DNA from: Prasinococcaceae sp. CCMP 1430
Taxonomy: Eukaryota > Plantae > Prasinodermophyta
Direction of reading: 5' to 3'
Assembly: GCA_013416795.1 (NCBI GenBank)
Contig: RQSC01000007.1
Coordinates: forward strand, 25,920 to 89,919
DNA length: 64,000 nt
The notes beneath the pieces were generated by a model, which had not been told where the DNA came from, searched no databases, and was given only the letters and a program-made list of their open reading frames with translations. Each line of letters begins with the position of its first letter. Position 1 is the first letter of the stretch. Position numbers and translations under genes: made by a program. This document shows positions 54,946 to 64,000 of the stretch, in pieces.

Positions 54946-57900
54946 CTAGTTGTTCGCCGCGTCCCACGCCGTCCGCCAAGTCGAGAAAGCGGGAAGCGCG
55001 TACACGCGCACCTTGCCGAGGTTGCCACCGCTGGCGCTGGTGGCATCGGCGTCGTCATCATCGGTCGAGTCATCCCCACAAAAGCCTGCTGCGACACGCG
55101 TGCCGTCGCCCGAGATCGCCTCAGCGCAGCCGGCGCGGTCGCCCGACTCCGCACCTTCAATGCGATTGGTGATCTCGACCCAGTAGCCGCCGCTGCTGTG
55201 ATTGGCGAGCTCGGGGACGTCGCTCGCATCCCACAGCTCGAAGATTCGCGTGGCGCCCTCGTTCGTGTCTGCAAACAGGGTGTCTTCCCCTGTCGCGCCG
55301 ATAGAGACGCGCGCGCCGTCTGCACGCCAGGCCGGCCGCGCCCGCCCCGAGGATCCACGCGCCGGTGGTCGTGACAAATGAGCGTGGTCCGTGTCAGCAG
55401 CCGTCAAACGCGCGCCGACAGGCGTGGGCAGCGCTCGGCGCACGCACCTGTTGATATGGAAACCGACTCGCCCAAGCGAACGTCGCCGCCGTTGAATGCA
55501 ACCCCTCCCACGACATTCCCGGTCCAACCCAAGGAAGACCACGAGTCACCTCCGGCGTCGTAGTCATAAGCGCGCACAACGCCATCACCATAAAAATAGC
55601 CAGGCGCGCCCACTGCCACTCGGGTGCCGTCGCCTGAGAGAGCGACAGCTCCTCCCTGTTCATCGCCTGAAAACGAGCTTGTCATGTCGTCGCCCACCTG
55701 GGTCCAGGCTCCAGAGGTGTACTCCAGCACGCGCGCGCGGCCGCACGAGCCGTACCAACCGCTCACGAAGCCGGGCTCGCCGATTGCGATCTTGGTGCCG
55801 TCAGAGCTCAGCGATACCGACGTGCCTGCCTTGCTCTGGTCGTTGGCCCCATCCACGTCGGCACCCACTTGCGACCACGCGCCGGTGCTATACGCGAACA
55901 CTCGCACGCTGGGAGTCAAGGTGCGTGATGAAGGGTTGGTGCAACAAGAGGTGTGGGTATTGTGTGGACGCGTGCACGCGCGCAGCGTCAGTGGTTGCTC
56001 GCGCTTGCTCGTGCGCGAACGCGTCCTTAGCTCCAAAGCTTGTCTCAACGCGAAGTGGTGAGCGAGCGAGCACGCGCGCGCGCGCGTTTGCGCGCGCGCA
56101 CTCGCACGCACCTGCCCGCATTGGTGCCCCCGTCGCCGTTCTTAGGCGCACCCACGGCCATCGTCAGGCCATCGGCAGCGAGCGCCACAGACGAGCCGAA
56201 CTCATCGCCCGCGGCCTCGCCGTCGATGTCTGATCCCAGCTGCGTCCAGGCCGCCAGCACATACTGAAAGACGCGCACGTGACCCGCGTCGGCACCAGTG
56301 CCGTCGTTCGCGTAGCCACCGATAGCGACGATACTTCCGTCCGAGGACATGGCGACCGTGCGGCCGAATCCATCGTCAGCGGCCTCCCCATTGATGGCGC
56401 TCCCGAGGAGAGTCCAAACCCCTCCGCTCTCTTCGAGCACGCGCACCTGGCCCGCACCGCTGCTGGCATATGGCATGCCCACGGCGATGCGCGTGCCATC
56501 CGACGACATCGCGACAAGCTCGGCGCTCATCGTGGTGAACGAGGCAGCGGCGGCATCCCCCCCTATTCCAGCGATTGTGTTGATCCCGTCTATAGTTGCA
56601 CCAACCTGCGTGGGGTCGCTGAGCGTGGGGTACATGTTGAACATGCGCGGGGGTGGCGGGCTTGGTGGCGGTGATGGCGGCGGGGATGGCGGCGGCGGGC
56701 TTGGCGGTTGGGACGGCGGCGGGGGTGAGGGTGGAGGTGAGGGCTGCGCGGCGGGCGGGAACGCGCGCGCGCGGCCGAATTAACGCCGCGTTTTTTGGGC
56801 GGAAAAGGCGGCGAAAAAAACGCGCGCGGCGCCGGGGCGGCGTGCTGGCGGCGGCGGAGGCGGGCTAGGTGAGGGCGGGGGTGAGGGCGGGGGTGAGGGT
56901 GGAGGTGAGGGCGGGGGTGAGGGCGGAGGTGAGGGCGGGGGTGAGGGCGGCGGTGAGGGCGGAGGTGAGGGCGGGGGTGAGGGCGGAGGTGAGGGCGGGG
57001 GTGAGGGTGGAGGCGAAGGCGCAAGCACCGGGGGGGGTGAGGGCGGCGCCGCACTCGCTGCAAGAGGCGGCAGCGGAGGTGGAGAAGGTGGCGTGCCCGG
57101 CGCTGGCGCCTTCGATGACGGTGGTGAAGGCGGGCTCGCGATCTTGAACTCCGCCGGCTGAGGCGGCAGCAGCACTGTTGGCTCGGCCGGGGGCGCGACC
57201 GCCGCGACCAATGTGGAAAGAGATACCGGGGGCTGGCGGCCTTCAGTGCAGCGGTCAAGCAGGTCGAGTGCACGTTCCTGCGCCAGCAGGCCCTTCTCAG
57301 CCAGGCAGCCGTACTTTGAGCTTTCAACCTGAGCCTCAACGCGCACGAGGGCCCAGCATCCCGGCGAGAGGCTACACGCAAATCCGTTGTCAGCACCCCC
57401 CTCAGTCGCAGTGTCCATGCCCTGGAAGAAATCGGCGCAACCCGTATCTGTGTAGACCGCCTCGACGTGGTCGCACGGATCAAGTTCGATCACGGATGGC
57501 GAGAAAAAGTACACCGACTCGATGTCCAGCTCGACGCCCTTCGCGCGCATGGTCGACGAGATCTCAAACTGTTTGTTGACTATGGTCTCTTCGTACATCT
57601 CCACCTGTTCTTCGTCCTCGGCAGCGATGGCCACGTCGAGCTCGATGCCGCCACTGAAGGTCGCATCGGGGGGACTCGCGTCGTCCATCTCAAGCAGAGC
57701 CCGGCGCAATCTCCGCGCTCGGCGTGTTGCACCGCCATCGGCCACCGCCGGGCTCTCGGCTGGACGGATGTTGAAAGTGCGCACGTCGCTCAAGTCGGCA
57801 CCGATGATATCGGCAAAGGACACGCGCGTGGCCATTTCTGCAGCGTCGTCGAAGCTTGTCACGTCGGGATACCTTCGAAGCCCCAGAGTGGTAATAACCT

Positions 57901-58948
57901 CCACGGCATTGTTTTCGAAGTCGATCGTCGGCGGGCTGGGAGTGACGAGGTTGCCACCATTTGCTGCAACGACCGAACCGAGCGCCGCGCCAGTCGATAC
58001 GACCGCAGCGGTGGTTGCAACTGTGACCGTCGTCGCCGTGGTAGCGGTGGCGGCGCCCGCAGAGGCCGCAGCGCCTCCGGCCGCAGCAGCCGACCCAGAC
58101 GCCGCCGCGCCGCCAGCGCTCGCGGCCGTGCTACCGGCGTTCGACGCGGCGCTCGCGGCCTGCTTCCCGCATTTGAAGAAGGTCGCCAGCTTGCGATAGA
58201 GCAGTTCGCACCGCCCCGCCATGCCTGTGGCGCGTTTGGCTGTGCCTTTCACCTTCTGGTACGTCGCGTATCGCTTGTCGCCAAGCAGGCGCTTGACGAC
58301 CTCATCACCGATCTTCTCCATATCCATCTCCGACAGGCCTTCGAAGACCTTCTCATAGTTCTCAATGATGCTGCCGGCCTCGTCCACGGCTTCCAATTGA
58401 TCCACGAGCTGCTCCGCTGTGTCCATGCCCTGGTCAATCGCGTCCATTCTCTTGTTGAGTCCGTCGGCGGCGTCGTCCACTTTCTTGGCCGCCGAGTTCA
58501 CCTTCTCGTTGGCCGCACTGACGGCGTCGACGCCCTTCTTGGCCACTCCTCCGACGCGAGTCGTGCCGAGCTTGTCCCACGCCTTCTCGGCGCCAGCCTT
58601 GAGCACGTCAACCACGACATTTTGCTCGTCAGACAAAAGCCTCAGGCCTGTCTCCGCGGTGGCCAGCGCCCTCCCGGCCACCTTGCTCGTGCGGTCGTCG
58701 AGGCTCTTGGCGGTCTTGACGCCCTTTTGAAACGACGTCAGCTCCTGCGCGCCGCCGTCGCCCTCACCCTCGCCCGCGCCGCTACTGCCATCGTCGCATT
58801 CGCCTGCCTCCGGGACATCCTGGACGTCCTCCTCCTGATCGGCCTCAGACGCGGGCTTGGCCGCAGGCTCCGCCACGGGCGTTGGCTGAGGGGCTGGCGC
58901 AACCTTGGGAGACTGCGTCCCGCCCTTTTCCCTGGCGAAGAGGCCCAT
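54946..58948 (-). CDS. Large Pro-rich protein with C-terminal FG-GAP-like beta-propeller repeats; exons approx. 58948..~56846, 56743..56112, 55908..55448, 55320..54946
   Basis: MG start, helical acidic region, Ala/Thr-rich hydrophobic segment, (SPPP)n, repeated WxQxGxDIxGExxGDxxGxSVxLSxDGxxxAxG units. Two GT-AG introns restore the frame (AG|SVRVFAY; TG|DGARVSIG); the donor of the first intron is ambiguous. Confidence 0.75.
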
Positions 58949-59205
58949 CGCGCGCGAGAGAGAGAGAGCGCGCGCGCACGCGCGCGAGAGCGCCTACCGA
59001 GCGCCCGCCGAGGGCGCCTGTGGAGGGCGCCTGTGGAGGGCGCCTGCGGTAGCGCCTGCAGGTGCGCCTGCTGAGCGCGCCTGCGGGCGCGCTCGGCCGG
59101 CGCGCCTCTCGCGCCTCCCCTCACCCGGCCTCGCCCCGGTTCACCACCCCTTCCCCCTACCCCCGTCTGAGGGACACGCGCGGTCTGCCATGCCACGCGC
59201 GCGCC

Positions 59206-61104
59206 ATGCGGTGCTACTATGAGGTGCTCGGCTGCGAGCCGAGCGCCGACGCGGACGCGTTGAAGCGTGCGTACCGCAGGGCGGCCCTGCGGTGGCACCC
59301 CGACAAGAACGGCGGTTCCGAGGAGGCGGAGGAGATGTTCAAGGACGTGCAGGCCGCGTGGGAAGTCCTGAGCGACGCGAAGGAGCGCGCGTGGTATGAC
59401 GACCACCGCGAGGCAATCCTGCGCGGGGGAGCGCCTGGCAGCGGCGGTGGCGGCGATGGCGCGCACGGCGGCGGCCCGCCACCTGACGAGCCCAACCTGT
59501 ATCAGTACTTCGGCTCAGGCGCTTACCGTGGGTACGGCGACGACCCTGCCGGGTTCTACGCCACATACGAGCGCGTCTTTGAGACGCTCGCTGCGCTCGA
59601 ACGAGAGGCGAGCACTCGAGCGGCGCAGCGCGCCGCAGCAGCAGGGTCGGCGCGCCATGAGCGCGAGCCCACGCACCTCCCGGCCTTCGGCGGCAGCTCG
59701 GCGTCGGCCGAGAGCGTCGGCGCGTTCTACCGCGCGTGGCAGGGCTTCACGTCCGCGCGCACGTTCGCCTGGGCGGACAAATACAATCCCAACGACGCAC
59801 CGAGCCGATTCGTGCGTCGCCGTATGGAGGAAGACAACCGCCGCGAGCGCAAGCGCGCCAAGCGCAGCTACACAGACACTGTGCGCGAGCTCGTCAACTT
59901 CGTCAAGAAGCGAGACAAGCGCATGGCCGTCGTGGCTGCGGCGGCTGCGAAACGTGAGGCCGAGCGTGAGGCCGCTCGTGCAGCGCATCGCGCCGCGCAG
60001 GACGCCCAGCGCCGCGCGCGTGTCGAGGCTGCGCGTGCTGCTGAGGCTGCGGCGGCTGCCGCTGCGCGCGCTGCGAGGGGGGGGTCCGAGTCAGACAGCG
60101 GCGACGCCGAACCATCTGACTACGACTACATTGAGGAGGAGGTGTACGAGTGCGTAGTGTGTGACAAGATTTTCAAGAGCTCCAAGCAGCTCCGCAACCA
60201 CGAGCGCTCGCGGAAGCACCGCGAGGCCATGGACGCGCTGCGTAGAGAGATGCTCGCCGAGGAGGAGGAGGAAATGCTCGCAGAAATGGCCGAGCATGAA
60301 GCCGCTGAGGCCACGGTGATACCTGACACGGGTGATGGCGGCACAGCTTTGGACGGCGCGACGGAAACCGGCAACGCGCGCACCGAAAGCTCCGAGGCTG
60401 CGGAGGAGGAGGAGGAGGAGGAGGAGGAGGAGGAGGAGGAGGAGGAGGAGGAGGAGGAGGAGGAGGAGGAAGCTAGCGATGACGAGGAGGCGATGCTCGC
60501 GCGCATGATGGGCAGCATGCGCGTTCGCACCGCTGCAAGCGATGTGGACGGCGACACTGCAGACTCTGAGTCAGGAGGCGAGGCCGAGGTTGATGAGGGT
60601 AACACTATGTGCGGCGATAACGGCGTGGACGTCCCTGGGGCGGCCGATGGAAACGAGAGCAGGAACGACTCTGATTGCGAGCACAGGAGCAGAGGCGACG
60701 ACAGCAACGCGCGCAACGCCGCCAGTGGCGCCGGCGCGGCCGAAGCGCCACCCGCAGATGTGGAAACGAACGCGGCTGGTGGCTCGCGCGCTGCAGACCA
60801 TGACTGCGGCAATGCACGCAAGGAAGGCGATGACAGTGGCGATGTGGGAGCGGGCGCAAAGCCTCCGGTCGTCGCACGGGTCGCTGAACAGGAGGCGGGC
60901 GGGCATGCACGGGCTGCTGAGCGCAAAGCGCGACGGAAACTCAAGAAGGCCCTCAAGGCCGCCGCCGGGGCTGGTGGGAAAGGGTCTGGCAACGGTATCG
61001 ATCCAGGGAACGTGTGCAAGGTGTGCGGTGAGACCTTCCCTTCGAGAACTGCCCTCTTCAGGCATATCCGCTCGAGCGGCCACGCGGCGCTGCGGAGTGT
61101 GTGA
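59206..61104 (+). CDS. DNAJC21/Jjj1-like J-domain protein with C2H2 zinc fingers
   Basis: YYEVLG…WHPDKN…AWEVLSD…RAWYD, FAWADKY, RRRMEEDN…VRELVNFVKKRDKR, CVVCDKIFKS…HERSRKH, CKVCGETFPSRTALFRH. Confidence 0.92.
   Translation: MRCYYEVLGCEPSADADALKRAYRRAALRWHPDKNGGSEEAEEMFKDVQAAWEVLSDAKERAWYDDHREAILRGGAPGSGGGGDGAHGGGPPPDEPNLYQYFGSGAYRGYGDDPAGFYATYERVFETLAALEREASTRAAQRAAAAGSARHEREPTHLPAFGGSSASAESVGAFYRAWQGFTSARTFAWADKYNPNDAPSRFVRRRMEEDNRRERKRAKRSYTDTVRELVNFVKKRDKRMAVVAAAAAKREAEREAARAAHRAAQDAQRRARVEAARAAEAAAAAAARAARGGSESDSGDAEPSDYDYIEEEVYECVVCDKIFKSSKQLRNHERSRKHREAMDALRREMLAEEEEEMLAEMAEHEAAEATVIPDTGDGGTALDGATETGNARTESSEAAEEEEEEEEEEEEEEEEEEEEEEEASDDEEAMLARMMGSMRVRTAASDVDGDTADSESGGEAEVDEGNTMCGDNGVDVPGAADGNESRNDSDCEHRSRGDDSNARNAASGAGAAEAPPADVETNAAGGSRAADHDCGNARKEGDDSGDVGAGAKPPVVARVAEQEAGGHARAAERKARRKLKKALKAAAGAGGKGSGNGIDPGNVCKVCGETFPSRTALFRHIRSSGHAALRSV
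60402..60469 (+). repeat. (GAG)n coding trinucleotide repeat (poly-Glu)
   Basis: Seen directly. Confidence 0.95.
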
Positions 61105-61178
61105 CGGACGCCTACCACTGTACCACGTAAATAAATCGGGGAAAAAGAATGTGACGCTATCGCTCGGGACGGGGGTGC

Positions 61179-61986
61179 TCACCGGACGACGTACTCGCGA
61201 TAGCAGCAGTTGCGCCCGAGCTTTCCTGACCCACAGGTGCAGAGCATCTTGTGCGCGGGCTTGGGCATGGGCGGCACGGGTGGCGCGCCGATGTGCATTC
61301 CGATGTACTCGGCGCTCGGTGGCTCCTTGTTGCCCGCGTCGCGCCACCTGGCGGCCACTGACATTGCCGCCTTGAAGTACATGTAGTGGCCGAGCTGAAA
61401 TTCGACCATGCGCGCGCCCACCCCGCCCTCAGGCACCGACTGGCGCAGCCTCTTGATAAGCGGCTGCGGTAGTGTGCGGTACGCGTCGGCGTCCTCCGGG
61501 AGCGACTCGAGCTGCTTGCGCTCCTCCTGCGGGGGTGGGTCAGCAAGTTAACCAATCGTCGGGGCGCGGTAAGCATCCTCGCGTCAGCAGGAGTGCGCGC
61601 GCGCGCGTAAGATAGAGAGCATCAGGCGGCAACGGCGCAGCCACGTCCGCCCTCCTCACCTTCGAGAGCGATCCGAAGACCTTATCAGCAGCCGCGTGCG
61701 AGAACTCAAGCTGCTGCCTCTGCGAGTCGTCGAGCCTCGCCTCGTGCTGCGAGCGCTGCTGATTCACCATCTGCAAGAATGAGTCCACCGAGAGCTCGGT
61801 CTCGGTCGCACCCTTGCGGCCGAACATCTGCGCAACGCGGTCCCGCACGCCGGCGAGCGTGTCCATGAAGCCGGGACCGCTCGCAGCCGCGGCCGCAAAT
61901 TGCCGGCACTGCTGCACCGCCACGCCACGCATCGCGGTGGAGGCGGCGGCCGCCGCCGCTGCGCGTTCAGCTGCAAGCCTCAGCAT
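61179..61986 (-). CDS. Probable mitochondrial protein with C-terminal SEC-C motif; join(61986..61660,61526..61179)
   Basis: Presequence-like MLRLAAERAAA…RQFAAAA, phase-0 GT-AG intron, C-terminal CTCGSGKLGRNCC. Confidence 0.75.
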
Positions 61987-62502
61987 CGCGTGCGCACCCG
62001 TGTCTGCGCGCCTGCCCCCTTTTCACCCCCTCCCCCTCCTGTCCCGCCCACCCCACCCCACCCCACCCTGTGCGCTGGCCACGACGCAGGATCCGCTGCG
62101 CTGCCCACTTGCGCCGCACCCCCAGCCGCCGCCGCCCCCTGCATGTCTATGTCGACGTACTTGTCAAAAATTGCAGTAGATTTTAACAGGTACTACTCCA
62201 AGCAAAACCTCGGCGCCCGCGGCGCCGCCGACGCCCACGCCGCGCCGCTCGGCGGAGGCGCCACCAAAGGTCAGTCGTGGTGGGGCTGCTGGCGAGGAGG
62301 AAGGGGCCGAGGGCTGCAGGCATCGGAGCCAGCCCGCGTCGACGCACCCGCCCGCTGCAGCCCCGCCATCTTCATTTTCCCCCACAAAAAAACACGCGCA
62401 CCCAAAAACTCGAGTTTCCGTGCGGGGTTCCACGGTTGGCCTGCCGGGGGCGTGGCACGCAGCGCCAATGGGTCGTTCGTTATATCTAAAACAATTGCGA
62501 TA

Positions 62503-62554
62503 TGGAATCCATCAGAATGTGGAATCCACTTTACGGCCGACGTCGTGGAATCCA
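62503..62554. promoter_or_regulatory. Cluster of three TGGAATCCA palindromic motifs
   Basis: Copies at 62503, 62520 and 62546; two more at 63769 and 63912. Confidence 0.5.
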
Positions 62555-62807
62555 TGGCACCGCGACCGGTGTGTGCGAATGATCGCATCCCGCGCCTTCC
62601 TCACGCCCCCGCCCCCAACATACACACACCTCCTCCCTTCCCCCTCTCCGAGGTTGGCTTCTGTCGAGGCCACGGGTGCAGGCGGGCGGAGCCTGCGCCC
62701 CGCCGTCCGTGGGTCAAAAAAATGTGCGGAGCTTACGCGGTCGCGTCGCGTCGCGTCGCGGCGCGGCGGTCGCGAGGGTGCGGGCTCTCGCGCTCGCACG
62801 GCCGCGC

Positions 62808-63382
62808 CTAGTAGCGGTGCGACAGCTTCTCCCCGTTCGAGTACCAGTCCGCGAAGCTGTGGGCGTGGGGGTAGGGGGGTAGCACGGCGGTGAGGGACGA
62901 GGCGGGAGGGAGGGAGAAGGGCGTGTCAGCGGCGAAGGCGCGCTGCAACGCTGCGCCGGCCAGAGGGTACACCGCGCTGCCCCATTGCGAACCCTAAAGC
63001 GCCGCGTACGCAGCGGTGCCGATGGGGGAGCAGGGCGCGCGGCGGGCTGCCCCTCCCCGGTCGGTCCACGCACCTGAGCGTGCCGAAGAGCGGCACCGCG
63101 CCGCACGCAACGGGGAACCACGTGCCCTTCACTGTGTGCATGATGGCCGACGCGCTGTCGCGCCACAGGCTGCCCATAACGTTCTGCGGGGGTGTGCGAG
63201 CGGGCGCGAGCGTCAGCAATGCCAGCGAGGCGCCTGGCTGCCGCAGCCTCGGCGCACCGCCGCCCCGGCGCGCGGCGCGACGGCCAAGCTCACACGCGAG
63301 CGCGCCGGGCCGCGCCTCGCACCAGCCTGTTGGGCGAGATGGTGTACACCACCTCGCGCATCTTCATGGCGACCTTGCCCAT
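62808..63382 (-). CDS. QCR8: Cytochrome bc1 complex subunit 8 (plant-type, 72 aa); join(63382..63323,63183..63074,62856..62808)
   Basis: Three exons give MGKVAMKMREVVYTISPNRL|NVMGSLWRDSASAIMHTVKGTWFPVACGAVPLFGTLS|FADWYSNGEKLSHRY*, matching the plant QCR8 pattern. Not present as one ORF in the supplied track. Confidence 0.9.
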
Positions 63383-64000
63383 GGCGACTGCTGGGGCTCG
63401 ACCTTTGCTTTCGAAGCGCGTCGGCGCAGTCGCGGGGGCCACACCGAGCGGTGCGCGCGCGGGGCGAGCGCGCAGGTTGAAGGGGGGGGGCGAAGGATTC
63501 GGCGTCAGCGACCTCGTCGCGGCGGGGCACGGGTCGGGGGGTCAGGCGCGCGCGCGCAGCGGGATGGGGAGCGTCGATATGGGGAGGATCCCCGTCGCAT
63601 TATGGTATTAGGGTTTTCAATGTAGGGTCTCGTGCGTGTGGGCATCTCCCCCTCGGTGTGCGCTCGTCGAACAGGCGCGCGCCCGTTCGCGCCCCGCGCC
63701 TCCGAGCGCGCGCCGGCCGCGCCCCTTCGCGCCCCCGCACCGGTGACAGCGCCGTGCGCGGAACCATATGGAATCCACGATTATTTTCATTTCTCATATG
63801 CGAATCCTTTCGTCACTCGTAATGCATTCATACCATTGAATGGATTCGTTTGTGTTTGTGTTGGATGAGCTCTGTGCACACGAGATTGATTGTGTTGTGA
63901 TGGTCTTCTGATGGAATCCACAGGCGCCTCCGCGGGCGCGGCGGCGCCGCATTCGCGCTTTCGCGCGCGCGCGCCGCGCGGCGCGGCCGCGCGGGGGAGA

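Noticed and set aside
1-64000. Prokaryotic defence systems, prophage, transposase, integrase or reverse transcriptase genes
   Set aside because: No such motifs seen; the window is intron-containing eukaryotic DNA.

Overview
Eukaryotic nuclear DNA with very high GC (about 70%), compact genes and short spliceosomal introns (mostly GT-AG, donor GTGCG/GTGAG, CTGAC branch point). It is most likely a green alga. This is an inference from a plant-type QCR8, a KOBITO1-like glycosyltransferase, TGTAA 3' signals, TTTAGGG-like motifs and Ser-Pro(n) glycoprotein repeats. About 25 protein genes can be supported: FSA/transaldolase, nucleolin, MsrA, WD40, NAD kinase, KOBITO1-like GT, UBA protein, DRC1, KBL, TDH, topoisomerase II, PhyH dioxygenase, riboflavin kinase, UBE2J-type E2, pyrimidine-dimer glycosylase-like, DUF2256, LRR, TTP-type CCCH, DNAJC21, SEC-C protein, QCR8 and two large Pro-rich extracellular/membrane proteins. 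There are three N gaps and two single Ns. I found no rRNA, tRNA, CRISPR array or recognisable transposon. The most striking item is a ~12.6 kb locus (42161-54811) that appears to encode one ~4200-aa polypeptide. It joins an extracellular M11-type zinc metalloprotease, LamG/fibrinogen/Ser-Pro(n) modules and a catalytically dead rhomboid, i.e. a sheddase-plus-iRhom fusion. In this assembly it is interrupted by two frame breaks. Other highlights: an adjacent TDH-KBL threonine-catabolism pair, a tightly packed or overlapping DUF2256 plus T4 endoV-like pair (candidate bicistronic UV-repair locus), and a circularly permuted identical duplication of the RFK/UBC unit.
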